DNA of 63,269 nt, filler included, from Reticulomyxa filosa (lineage: Eukaryota > Protista > Foraminifera), in NCBI GenBank assembly GCA_000512085.1. It is 13 parts of 13 records of this genome, joined end to end, with 100 filler letters (N's around TTAATTAATTAA, not from the genome) between each part and the next. Parts side by side here need not be neighbours in the genome. Positions count along the whole stretch, not along the records: positions 52,259 to 56,281 come from ASPP01003250.1; positions 56,382 to 58,178 come from ASPP01007666.1; positions 58,279 to 60,273 come from ASPP01045908.1; positions 60,374 to 63,269 come from ASPP01021737.1; 9 more parts are not named here. One strand, written 5' to 3'. The notes beneath the pieces were generated by a model. It ran no database searches and had not been told where the DNA came from. It saw nothing but the letters and a program-made list of their open reading frames with translations. A program made the translations under genes and the position numbers. Of the stretch, positions 52,159 through 63,269 are shown one piece after another; position 1 is the stretch's first letter, and the number at the start of each line of letters is the position of its first letter.

Positions 52159-52258
52159 NNNNNNNNNNNNNNNNNNNNNNNNNNNNNNNNNNNNNNNNNN
52201 NNTTAATTAATTAANNNNNNNNNNNNNNNNNNNNNNNNNNNNNNNNNNNNNNNNNNNN
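52159..52258. other. Artificial contig linker
   Basis: Same 100-bp spacer. Confidence 0.99.
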
Positions 52259-52299
52259 AAAAAAAAAAAAAAAAAAAAAAGGGACTACCCCCATATATA

Positions 52300-53593
52300 A
52301 AAAAAAAACAACTGAACATTTGCGATACAAATCTTGAATGGGTGTCTTTTCGCCAATGACGACGATTTTCTTGGAGATAGGGATGAGCAGCACGGCGGTG
52401 ATGACGGTGAGGACGAGCACGACGACGCCGATGACAATGAAGGCATAGTTGTAAGTGTGTATGGTGACGCCGTAGCGATAGAGGAGAGCGCCGCAGATGG
52501 GTCCCATGATGACGCCGAGAGTGGCGACGTCATTGGCAGTGTGAAGGATATGAGAGAGTTTATCGCGGCCAATGATCTGCAGCATGACGTGGTTCATGGC
52601 CTGAACGCTGAAGCCACTGCACACGCCTTGGATGAATCTGAGCACGACACTGACGACGACGAGCGTGGTAGTGTCCTCGCACCACGTGAGCCAATGTTTG
52701 TTGGTGATGACGCCGAGTAACATCAAGGCAATGCCATGGAAGAACAGTCCTGCTAAAATGCTGAAGATGAGTCCAGTGCGGTGGATGATCTTATGTGCGA
52801 CGGATGACACCAACAACGACGATACGGGGAAACTGGCAAAGATCAATCCAATCTGCAAAATGGTGCAATTGTAACGTTCCCACAAAACGTATGGCCAAAA
52901 TGACACTCCATAACTGTACGAAAAATATTCGATCCATAGTGGGATCATGGCGAGGGCCACTTGTGACCCCGATTTTTTGCATCGCAATAACAGTGCCTTT
53001 GGCTTCATGCTTCGCATATGCTGGCTTGCAAATGATGTCTTCACTTCTCCATTCAGACTTGTACTTCGATCTGCCATTGTCTCTCGCTGACTGTAGTTCT
53101 TGTACTGCGCGTATGACGAAGATGCACTATACTTCTTTGGCACGTTATGTGACTGAAATGATTTTGATAATGATTGTCTCCTTCCTTGATACGAGTGGTT
53201 CGTGCTCTCTTCTCCTTTACTTCCTCCCTCCGATGCAAACACCAACTTGTGCTGCGATGATGGGTTCAACAACTGGAGCGGGTTAAAGATTGGCACTATT
53301 CCTCTCAGCTTTTTCTTCGCTTTGTCGTGATGCTGGTTCGTGCTCTTCTCCTTCTGTACGCTCCTATTGTGCCTCCCTTTGTCCTGCTCATCCTCTTCGT
53401 CTTCTTTGTCTGACGATGAGTCTGAGGATTCTACATTTTGGGAAATTGACACTCGTCGAGTCTCTAAGACAAAAAACCAACAACAACGTTTAAAGTACAA
53501 CGATGTCGTTGAAGAGATTGCGTCCTATTTTTTTTTTTTTTTTTTGTTTTTCGATCTTACCCTTTTTCCCCCCTTTTGATCAAGTGTCTCCAT
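52300..53593 (-). CDS. MFS transporter (SLC18/DHA1-like) with long hydrophilic N-terminus, 3' truncated
   Basis: About six TM helices with IGLIFASF, LRFIQGV.SG and LGVIMGP..GALLY motifs; the first exon METLDQKGGKR is spliced via a 36-nt intron 53560-53525. Confidence 0.8.
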
Positions 53594-55920
53594 CAACAAC
53601 TGCTTCTTTGCACTAATTACGAGTAGAAAAATTAGATTTAGAGATTAGGACAGAACTAAAACAAAGGAACAGTAAAGTATTCGTGTTTCACACAAATTAT
53701 TTCGTTAAGCTTTTTTCTTGTTACGTTAATACAAAGTATCAAACTAGTCGTTTTTTTAGCTTTTAAAAGCTAATAGAAATTTGCTCTTTTGTAATTTGAT
53801 CCAAAGAAAATAAAACTCGAAAGATAAAAAAAAGTACGTTTGTGAATTGAAAAAAGATAATGGAATAAAATACACTAATATATCATTTTGTAAACACTCC
53901 ATTTAAAGATATAATCTTTTAATTGAATGTTACAGTTGCCACTTCAGGAGACATATTGCTAATATCAATAAATCATACAGTTAAAATGTTGGACGTTTTA
54001 TTAACTAATAATATTGTGGAAGCACTTAGAAATCGTAAAGCAAACATTGTATTCGCAAATACTGTGGAGAAAAGCATGACAATGAATGCTCACGAAAAAA
54101 TAAAATACTATAGCCCATTCGCTGCTGAAGCCTGATCTTGGATCAAACAGCATTAATTTAGCATTTATTACAATATCATATTTTGACTTAATCAATACAC
54201 ATGCTAAGTTCTTCAAATGCAAAATTAATTACACATTTGAAAAATCCAAAACATCGTATGAACATTATTTGATTAACGTTAGCGCAAACGCAAAAGAAAC
54301 ATATGAAATATAGAGTTCTCACAAGCAGCCAAAGCTGAAATTAAGACAAATTTTTTGTGTATATATAATATATGTATAATATAATAATTTGTATTATATC
54401 GTTATTATTATTATAGGAAGAATGGTCGCAATAGACACAAACTCGTTAATTGTGTTGGAAAAAGCTTTATCAGTAATACAATTTATAGAACAAAATAATT
54501 GAAATATTATTCGACACAAAAACTTTTAAATGAATGTTTATTTTGTTCTAATAATTTACTTTATTTTTTAATAACATTTTAAATTTTTTTTATCATGCAA
54601 TATGACTATCACGTTATATTAGCACGAATTGAATTTGAGTTCAATTTTAATATTTTCCTAAGTTGATATATATATTTTTGAGTTCTAAAACTCGTATTGT
54701 GTTATCGGGTTAGTCTTCAGTACTTTTTAATTTCTTTTTCTATTCAAAAAAAAAGTGTAACTCACAAAAAAAATATTCATCCGACCAAAGAGACAAGAAC
54801 TATTAAACAAAGACCAAGTCGAATCGTTTTCGTTGCTTGATCGTAGTTTTATTTTTCCAGGACTATATCCACAAAATGTATTTTCCCAGAAATAGAAAGA
54901 GAATTTAATAAAGCAGTTTCACAATTTAAATAATCTGCACAAAGATAGAAAAAATAATTGTGCATATACAAAGCAAAAAAAAAAGGACTATTATAAAATT
55001 AATCACAGATGAAGTCAAAACTATATTATCTCATTTAAATTAAAATCAAAGAAGGAAAAAGTGAACATAAATACAAATCCGACAGACTAAAACTATGAAA
55101 CCTATAATATAAAATTTGATTTTTAGTCTGATCCATAACTACTAACAAAGCAAAAAAGCATAAATAGTACTATTCACATAGACATAACTTAAATGCAAAT
55201 AAAAAAATATATTGAACGTATATAAAATAAAATATGTTGATGATAAATACACTTAAATAAAGGAAAACGAACAAAAAAAAATATTAATGAAGATATTGTG
55301 CATAAATAATAATAACAATATTGAACTGTAAAAATAATAATCAAATTGACAAAATGTTGATAACATAAAAAAAAATTTATAGATTCCAATGGTAACAATA
55401 TAGTAAATGCAATAAGAAAAAATTAAATTAAAAAACAATGTAAAAAATAAACGTAAGTATTGTAAAAGAATTTTTTATTCCAAAATGAAATAACTGTATA
55501 AATTGACAAAATAACAATAATATAAACAAAAGGAATAAGTCAATGATATGGAAATAAGTCATAATACGTATAACTGAACATAATGTTTTTTCAACACATA
55601 TATATTTTAGTCGAATTTAAATGGAGACAATCTGTACAATTATATCATTGAAAAATATATTATAATAAATATATCAATTTGAGTATTTGTAATAACATAA
55701 TTTTATTTTAAATGGAGATGAAATGAGTCGCTTTTCTATTTAAGAACGTAAAAAGACAGCTTTGTAATTTCATATAAATATATACAGTGTATTTATATGC
55801 ATAGAATTAAAGTGCATTTATATGCTTGAGTAATTTCATCGCACGCTACAAAAAAAATACAACTATTACTGAATGATAGTATATTAATCACAAAAGCAAT
55901 AATCATTTATTTGCAGTCTA

Positions 55921-56250
55921 TCATATGCCAAGTCATACTAAGTCAAATTATGCATAGACTTAGACTCATTGAAGCAATACACTAGGGTGCTTATTCAATC
56001 TCATATGACTAGTAAGCTAACATATTAGTCCAAAGTTATACTAATGATCGATATCACTATCACTAAGATCTCGATAGTCTTAGCACAGTATGCCTATTTT
56101 GGCCTTAGTGATGTCGATATTGATCACTAGCCCAGACTTTGTCATATATTGTAGACTAATAGTCCAATGAGGTTACATAAGCATCCTACCCTATTGCTTC
56201 AATCGAGATAGACCAAGTATAAAATGTATAGTTTATGACTTGGCCTATTA
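55921..56250. repeat. ~330-bp imperfect inverted repeat forming a rod-like hairpin (non-coding)
   Basis: Complementary blocks share one diagonal (coordinate sum 112171): 55927-37/56234-44, 55968-79/56192-203, 55983-94/56177-88, 56000-04/56167-71, 56041-55/56116-30, 56059-67/56104-12. Confidence 0.85.
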
Positions 56251-56281
56251 TGGTATGGTATGGCAATCCCTATAACATATA

Positions 56282-56381
56282 NNNNNNNNNNNNNNNNNNN
56301 NNNNNNNNNNNNNNNNNNNNNNNNNTTAATTAATTAANNNNNNNNNNNNNNNNNNNNNNNNNNNNNNNNNNNNNNNNNNNN
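56282..56381. other. Artificial contig linker
   Basis: Same 100-bp spacer. Confidence 0.99.
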
Positions 56382-56439
56382 TTTTTTTTTTTTTTTTTTT
56401 CCTCGTCCCCTTCTCCTAAAAAAATTTTTTTTTTCAAAA

Positions 56440-57249
56440 GAAAACGTATACTCAATGACAATGAATATCAGTCTCAACTGTTTGTCATCTTTTTTGACCG
56501 GTTGGTTTGAAGAAATCGATTCTTTGTCTGTCAATTTTTTTAAAAAGTATTATTCGCTTGTTTTGTGTTTATTCCAAAAAAAAAAAAAAAAAAAAAAGGA
56601 GATTCAACTGAACCCGCTTCAACAATGTCAGATGCTTCGCAACGTGGAAATACAGGAGACATTGGAGAAATGGACGGATATTCGGTGTATTGCCAGTCAA
56701 TGCCGACAATAAATTTTCTTAAATGCAATCTTACCGTGGCATACCCTTCATTATTCACCAAGGGTCCATCCAAGGGCTTTACTATTATATCGTTTTCGTT
56801 CACTTGTATAATGCGTCCTCGAAATTCCACTGGACATATTGGCGCGCACACACGAATTGATTGTCCGGTTTGCACATACGATGGCCACTTTTGCGTTGAT
56901 TCCTGTTTCTCTTCATTTTTTTTTTCCTCCTGTTTTCAACGCAAGATAAATCGACAAACAAAAATTGCTTTTAACTTGTTAGCGATGCTACTGGTGACTT
57001 GCTGCTCATTGTTGTAACGCCAATTTTGATACCTTCCATTGCTTTCGTTGGTGTAGCGAATTCGCCCGAGTTGGGAGCTATTTGACCTTTCTGCACTTCG
57101 TTGCAGTTGGTCTCGTCTCCGTTTTTCTCTTTGCTTGCTTCATCATCCATTTCCAAATCTACTATAGAATGGTCTAATTGAGTGCCTGAGATAACTAACT
57201 CGGATGATATATTTTCATCACATACATTCGAGCCTAAATCTGCTTCCAT
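56440..57249 (-). CDS. Hypothetical multi-exon protein, 5' part
   Basis: ATG-initiated acidic exon followed by an exon with a small beta-barrel-like segment (GQSIRVC...RGRIIQV...IIVK). Confidence 0.5.
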
Positions 57250-57559
57250 GTTGCCGTTTAAAGGACACCCTAAAGTGAAGTTTGTCCAAACGACGCAACG
57301 TCTGCTTGTTTCCTCTTTGTCGCAGTTCTTTTAAATTTATCAACTAAAATACTACATGAGATTACAAAAGAATTTAAACGCTTGATGTTCGTAGATTGCG
57401 AGTTTAACAAAGCAAAAAAAATAGCATAAAAAATACGTCTATAAACAGAAGAACAACCTAATTCAAAACGAAAGCAAACATGAATGAGAGCCAGTGAAAT
57501 GGGAGTTTCACCGGCCCAAATTTTGGAGACGAATATCTATCATTGGTTCTAAATATATA

Positions 57560-58012
57560 ATGTATTCTCGTTTTACAAAAAGTAAAATAAAACGGCTTTG
57601 GAGCAAAAATTGTGATTTCAAAGGAAGTAATGTTTTGCTGTCACTACCCAGAACAAGAAGAAGCTGTCTTCAGTCGTTCCGAGCATTTGGAACAACGAAA
57701 GCAGACGATTTTCTATCTAGTTCAGTCAGGTATGTGGGAAACGGGAATAAAAAAAAGCGAACAAATAAAATAAAACAGAAAATTAAAAAAGAATAGGAGA
57801 GGGAAAGAAAAAAAAAGGGAGGATGAATTTATGTGTACAGAGAGTATATGGACCACATGTATGAGAAATGGAGAAAAGACCCACAATCAGTAGAGAGTTC
57901 ATGGAGGGCTTATTTCGGTACGGAAGCGATAACACAAGAGCTTCCAACGGGAGATGTCAGTGCTAAAAAAATTGCCTTTAATGAGACTGGAGAGCCATAC
58001 ATGAGTCCCCAG
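57560..58012 (+). CDS. OGDH: 2-oxoglutarate dehydrogenase E1, mitochondrial, 5' exons
   Basis: Basic presequence, then DDFLSSSVR|EYMDHMYEKWRKDPQSVESSWRAYF (intron 57730-57840), the OGDH/SucA N-terminal motif. Confidence 0.85.
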
Positions 58013-58178
58013 TTTATTATTTCTTTTTTTTTTTTTTTTTAATGACAAAACAGGGAGAGGGTCGAACGAACGATAGAAGAGGGGAGGGGGATTAAATAAT
58101 GTCACATTTCATATGAAAGTGAAACAGTAGTGATCTCCCTTCCTTCCCCCCTCCTCCAAATGAATACTAAAGATATTC

Positions 58179-58278
58179 NNNNNNNNNNNNNNNNNNNNNN
58201 NNNNNNNNNNNNNNNNNNNNNNTTAATTAATTAANNNNNNNNNNNNNNNNNNNNNNNNNNNNNNNNNNNNNNNNNNNN
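58179..58278. other. Artificial contig linker
   Basis: Same 100-bp spacer. Confidence 0.99.
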
Positions 58279-58426
58279 CCCCCCACCATAGACCAGGCGG
58301 GCGTCTCATAGGTGCCATCATATGTTAAGAAGTATATGTGCTGGACACTATGTCGGGTTTAAATTTTGGTCTAAACACATACGATGGACATCACTTGTTT
58401 CTCAAAAGGCATGTAGCTGAAAAGTG

Positions 58427-60273
58427 TTACAAACCGGACCTTTCATATATCCTTTTTATGTTTTCATGTATCACAATGCTTATTATCAGTTTGACGAAGT
58501 TATACTGTAATCAAAATATATTATGCTTTTTACGCATTACTTTAAAAAACAATAAGCAACTTTTGACATAACGTGTTCTATTCAATATCATTTATTACAA
58601 ATAGTGAATATTCAACAAACTTCACATTGTTTGTATGCACATTAAACACTTGAACTTGTTTAGAATATCTAATATCAAATAAACAAACCTTTTATAATCT
58701 GATCCAGATAATACTATATTTGCATCACAATTAATTTCTAATTCATTTGGCCATATTTTAAATCTCAAAGTACCTCTTGGCGTGAGTGAGGCCTTGGAAG
58801 GATTGCTATTTATAGCTAGGATTTTGAAGCCAAAGATTTGGAAAAAATTGTGCCTTTTACTTATCACAAATCTTTTATTAATTAAACTAATTTTTCTCCA
58901 CTCCGTTTCGACTTGGGGGAGGGAAAAGGACTCCATTTTTTAATTAAATTTTAAAAATTAGTATGAAAATATTCTGAATTAAGAAAATGATGAATAAAGT
59001 TTTGCATATTTAAGTATTAAAAAAAAAAAAACAACTCTGACCATGGCATAAACAGGTATGAGAATAATTTTTGCAAAGGGCAATGCGAGCAAACACACGT
59101 AATACAACTTTCTAAGAACATACTCAACGCCAAAGCGTTGTTTTGTATAAAAAAAATAAAAACAAAAATACGATCAACATACCACAACTAATGCTCAAAA
59201 CCACAAAATTGATCATGCAACTCCATATAAGTCCATCTAAAGAATAAATGCACATATTATATGTATTCGGAATGGGATAACAATTATTGTTGACGCATAT
59301 GCGTTCATATCCTTCATTGTTATCACAACTATCGTAATTTGCATTGTCATTTGGCATTGGCTGCCATGTGCAATACCACTTTGTTATGTTGGCTATGATA
59401 ACGTAGCCAATATACAACATAGTTGATGCCAATAGTAAATAAAATAAAAATGTGAATATTACAAATTGCAATATTTGTAATTTTTATATCCAGCATATTT
59501 TCTCTTGATTGATAGACGTTTCTATTGCTTTATGTGTAATCATATAAAGTGATACGTAACAAAACAAAAAATTACAATACCTTGTTTTTGGACTTGTATT
59601 TGCTATTCAACACACAGTCTGCTATTAGACGTTGACTTAGTATTGACATCTCTTTTCACTATTGCATATAAAATGTTACAAAAAACACGTTATTATATAT
59701 GTATGTATGTATTTCATTGAAATTACATTATCAAACATTTTACTTAACGAAATTTGCTTAATATTTTATTTATATCATTTTTTAGATTTTTTTAATTTTT
59801 TTCATATTCATTTCTCTTTCCAATTGTTTATTTTTATAAAATAAATAATAATTATAATTATAATCATAACGATCTTTGTTCACGCGAATTTGACTACTTC
59901 TGCGGTTGACTGGAGCAATTTGATTGTCATTTTCGTTTTGATCTTTGTCGATTTTGCTTTGTGTATATGTATACTTTGAGCCATAATAATTATTATAATA
60001 ATCAAACATATAATTTTGAATGTTATAATTATCAAAAAGATGCCATTGATGGTTATCTTCACTTGATGTATTGGCCATTTTGTGAATGGGGTGTTGTTGT
60101 GATTGTTGTGGTTGTTGTTTAGACTGTTTTTCGTGTGAAATAGCATCACTATCATTCCAATTATTTTCTTGTGGCAACAGTTGCAGTGGAATTGAATTAG
60201 CGTATGATTGTTGTCGCTGTGGAAGTGGCTGTGGAGGATATGAATGCTGTGGTGGTTGTGGAGGATATGAATG
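58427..60273 (-). CDS. Hypothetical multi-pass membrane protein with Cys-rich loop, multi-exon
   Basis: Q/H/N-rich exon followed by a TM-loop(Cys)-TM exon at 59471-59124; exon model tentative. Confidence 0.4.
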
Positions 60274-60373
60274 NNNNNNNNNNNNNNNNNNNNNNNNNNN
60301 NNNNNNNNNNNNNNNNNTTAATTAATTAANNNNNNNNNNNNNNNNNNNNNNNNNNNNNNNNNNNNNNNNNNNN
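60274..60373. other. Artificial contig linker
   Basis: Same 100-bp spacer. Confidence 0.99.
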
Positions 60374-62700
60374 AATAACACACAACAGTCGTATGATTTT
60401 TGTCTCAACAGTTTGTTCAATGCATTTTATCATCAAAGTCAATTTTGAAATTGAAGAGTCGACACGGTGATTAAGAGTGTAAATGAAAATAATGATCGTC
60501 ATACTTGGCAAAGTCTTTGTCTTAATGCCACTGCGCGCATTTTTCAAAGACGATTCCAAAGATTTTCAAATGCATTGCTGTCAGAATGTTGTTTGTGTTT
60601 GCATAGCTTGTCACGGAATGCTGCAACTAGACTATGCTCATTTGCGTCTTGTCATTTTTAAATCCACAGCGGACTGTAAAGCTTTTCGTTGCATCACGTC
60701 ACAATCTGCGAATGCGAATGTGTGAAAAGCGCAATTCGCAGTTCATTTCATTGCTTTGATATTTTCCTTTATCAAGTCATTCATATCCATTTCCACCCAT
60801 TCGCCTTCATCCAATTTCGACAACGGCACTTTGATCTTGTTTTTATTCTATGCCTTCTTGTCTTCCTTCCTCTTGGTTTAACAATCAAAGCGAAGCAGAC
60901 GTCAACACGAAGGTGATGACAGAAATGACATATAATGCCACAGACAACGGAGGAGATATTTGGAATAAGAGACTACATGCACTTTTTGCGGCAATTGCAA
61001 AGCAAAGTGGCGAACTACCTAATATCTCACAAAGAGCTAGCCGATATGTTGCAAGATAAACATTGAGGTGTACTCGACAACATCTTTTATCCTGTTTTCT
61101 TTACCTTTTTTTCCATAACTTTTCTGTCCAATCTCAACATCAACATGAGCGTGCATTTGAATTCGAATTCAAATTTCAATGGAAATTATCATTCATTTGC
61201 TACTACTGTAGTAGCAAAGTTACAAGCGTTGTCCAACAAAGATCATATGTGTATGTTTTTGTACTTGTGTCTTACACTGCTGTCGAGTGCATACCATAAA
61301 TTACTTGGAGAGTGGCTGCAATTGGTGCTGAACAGTTCCGGGAAAGTTCCGTGCTACCAACTGTACACAAGTCGCAATGCGACAATAGCAATGAAGAGAG
61401 ATCTTCTCACAAGTGCTGCAGCAGCTGCAATGGTGGCGACGAAACTGAAGCCAGTGACATTATGCCACAGTTAAACCCGAATCCAAATTCAAACTCTAGT
61501 ACAAACAAGCGACGAAAGATTACCAAAGCCAAAGCAAAATGGTTCAGTGAACAGCTGAAGAGGATGCGAAAGACTTAATGACAATAAAGCGTTGAACCAA
61601 GATGAAGCCGGAAAAGGAATGGCCAATAGGTCTCTGAATGGATACGATGAAGAGGTGGAGTCGAGTTTGATGCGACTGCCATTCATGACAACAACAAAGG
61701 TAATAACAACGACGATGATAAAAAAGAATCCGTTCTCATCACGTCGCCACAAGTTATCACTGAGTTAGAATGTGATGTTATCGACTTGTGAGACAAATTA
61801 GCCAATCAAAACAAACATGAACTTCGTCATATTTGGAAGGATTTCTATCGCAAACAGTATCCTAAAAAAAATAATAGTTACATATATGTATGTATATAAA
61901 TATATATTTGTATATATTGGTAATATTATTTGCTGAAATATGACAGATGCAAAAGTTCAAAATTAATCATTTTTTATGATTCGAAACACTTGTCGTATTA
62001 TGTCGTGCAAAGCTATATGGACGAAAAGTTACAATCGCAAACGACAAAGAAATAGACGTTTGAAATCGTAAAGACATTGACCAGGCCGTTTGTCAAATAC
62101 TAAAGATTGTGGAGCAAGAGGGACGCAGCCATCGTCCAAGTTCACTAAAGTACTATATATGTAATTTTTTTTTAAATTTCTGCTTGTCACTGTTATTTAA
62201 TAAATTGACAAAAACATGTACTCAACTTTAATTGTCTTGTTCATAACAAAATCGATACATTTTTGTAGCTGTGACTTCAGTTATGTATATCTTTTTGCCA
62301 AGGTTTTCAACGCAGATGTGTCGTTATTTTTGTTAAACACATTGACTCCCGAGTGGTGTTTGATATGATTAATCAATATCAACACGGAATTTGCACGTTC
62401 GTGAGTCGATGGATCATCGTTTTGGATGTCCAATGACTTGAAAGTGAATATATAAGCACCTCGTCTGAGTCAACATTGTGCAAAAGGATTGAGAAAAAAG
62501 TAGAAGTATGTTGCAATTTCACTCCCCTTGCAAATGTGAAGCAAAACCAACTTTGTAGCGTCGGACAAAATCTTCAAAACGTACGATACCTGCCGACGAG
62601 ATTGCAATTTATACATTATATTGCAAATGAGTACAGCGGTATTCAATAAACAGATAAAAAATAAAAACACAAATGAAGCGAACTAGAGCATTGCCTTCTT

Positions 62701-63269
62701 TCATTTGATATACACATAACAATTATCTTTCGAAGTCAGGTCTAAATGTAATCCATGAGTATTTTCTAAAGACTCAGAATGAATGGACAGATGATCTTGA
62801 TTCTCGTGTGACAAGTTGTCATAATACCACGCGTGACCTGCAGCCGAAGATGTCGATTTCGAAAAACGCTTGTCTTCGCTACCAATCAAATCTTGCAGAT
62901 ATTGAAGGATTTCCGGATCGTGTGGAGCGCGATGTTTGTCATCGCCCTTGCACAGTTTAGCCACATCAAACGTCGTCACTTTGTTGTCTCCTCCCATTGG
63001 AGTATGGTCTACTAATTTTAATGTTAGCTTTGTTTTTTTTCCTCATTCAGCCTCCCACTTGTAATTACGTACACTTTTTTTTTGGAAAATAATAAAGACT
63101 AGTGTATAAGGAGTGAAGAAAAAAAAATTCGAAACTTCTGTAGTTGGTTCGACATTAGACACAGTGATAGTAACCATAAGTTTGGCAAGTTCTTTGAACA
63201 TTTCCTTTTTTTCAGTGTCCAAGTCTCCTTCATCCCACATATCGATTTCATTAAATTTGAATATCCCTT
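62701..63269 (-). CDS. Exons of an unidentified protein entering from the window edge
   Basis: Two protein-like ORFs separated by an AT-rich intron. Confidence 0.35.

Noticed and set aside
52334-52720. Asp-rich + strand ORF as an overlapping gene
   Set aside because: It is the antisense of GTC/ATC/CTC-rich TM codons of the MFS gene.
56251-56281. Telomere-like end (TATGG x3, CCCTA)
   Set aside because: Too short, and not a true telomeric repeat tract.
60086-60273. Cys/Gly-rich metallothionein-like ORF (also poly-C, poly-L and poly-Y ORFs at 5731, 2199 and 48026)
   Set aside because: Alternative-frame or antisense readings of trinucleotide and Q/H/P-rich repeats.
6150-60373. Recurring TTAATTAATTAA between N-runs as a repeat array or recombination site
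   Set aside because: Invariant 44N-12-44N format with six-frame stops is a pseudomolecule linker.
60374-62700. Degenerate coding-like fragments, one faintly E2/UBC-like
   Set aside because: Too many stops and too little motif to support a call.

Overview
AT-rich, intron-containing eukaryotic DNA, not prokaryotic. The style (A/T homopolymer introns, poly-Q/poly-N proteins, many decayed gene copies) suggests a rhizarian/foraminiferan such as Reticulomyxa; that assignment is inference only. The window is not contiguous: twelve artificial 100-bp linkers (44N + TTAATTAATTAA + 44N) join 13 pieces, so neighbourhoods across linkers carry no information. Recognisable genes, mostly partial and spliced: a RIF1-like HEAT protein, an atypical formin, a BEACH (WDFY3/Lvs-like) protein, a BUB1/MAD3 TPR protein, poly(A) polymerase, an MFS transporter, 2-oxoglutarate dehydrogenase E1, a RanBP2-zinc-finger protein and a probable PEX13. 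The 22.6-kb piece at 15271-37905 is a patchwork of disabled, intron-retaining fragments (PI3K, MerA/Lpd-like reductase, CAMK-type kinase, GLDH, copine-WW, RNF213-like) and opens with an apparently perfect 611-bp inverted repeat. The best leads are (1) a non-coding, roughly 330-nt rod-like imperfect hairpin at 55921-56250, (2) a formin with no visible FH1, Glu at the FH2 actin-binding Ile position and a C-terminal RPEL motif, and (3) introns that have poly-A where a polypyrimidine tract is expected. All family calls come from motif recognition by eye; no searches were run.
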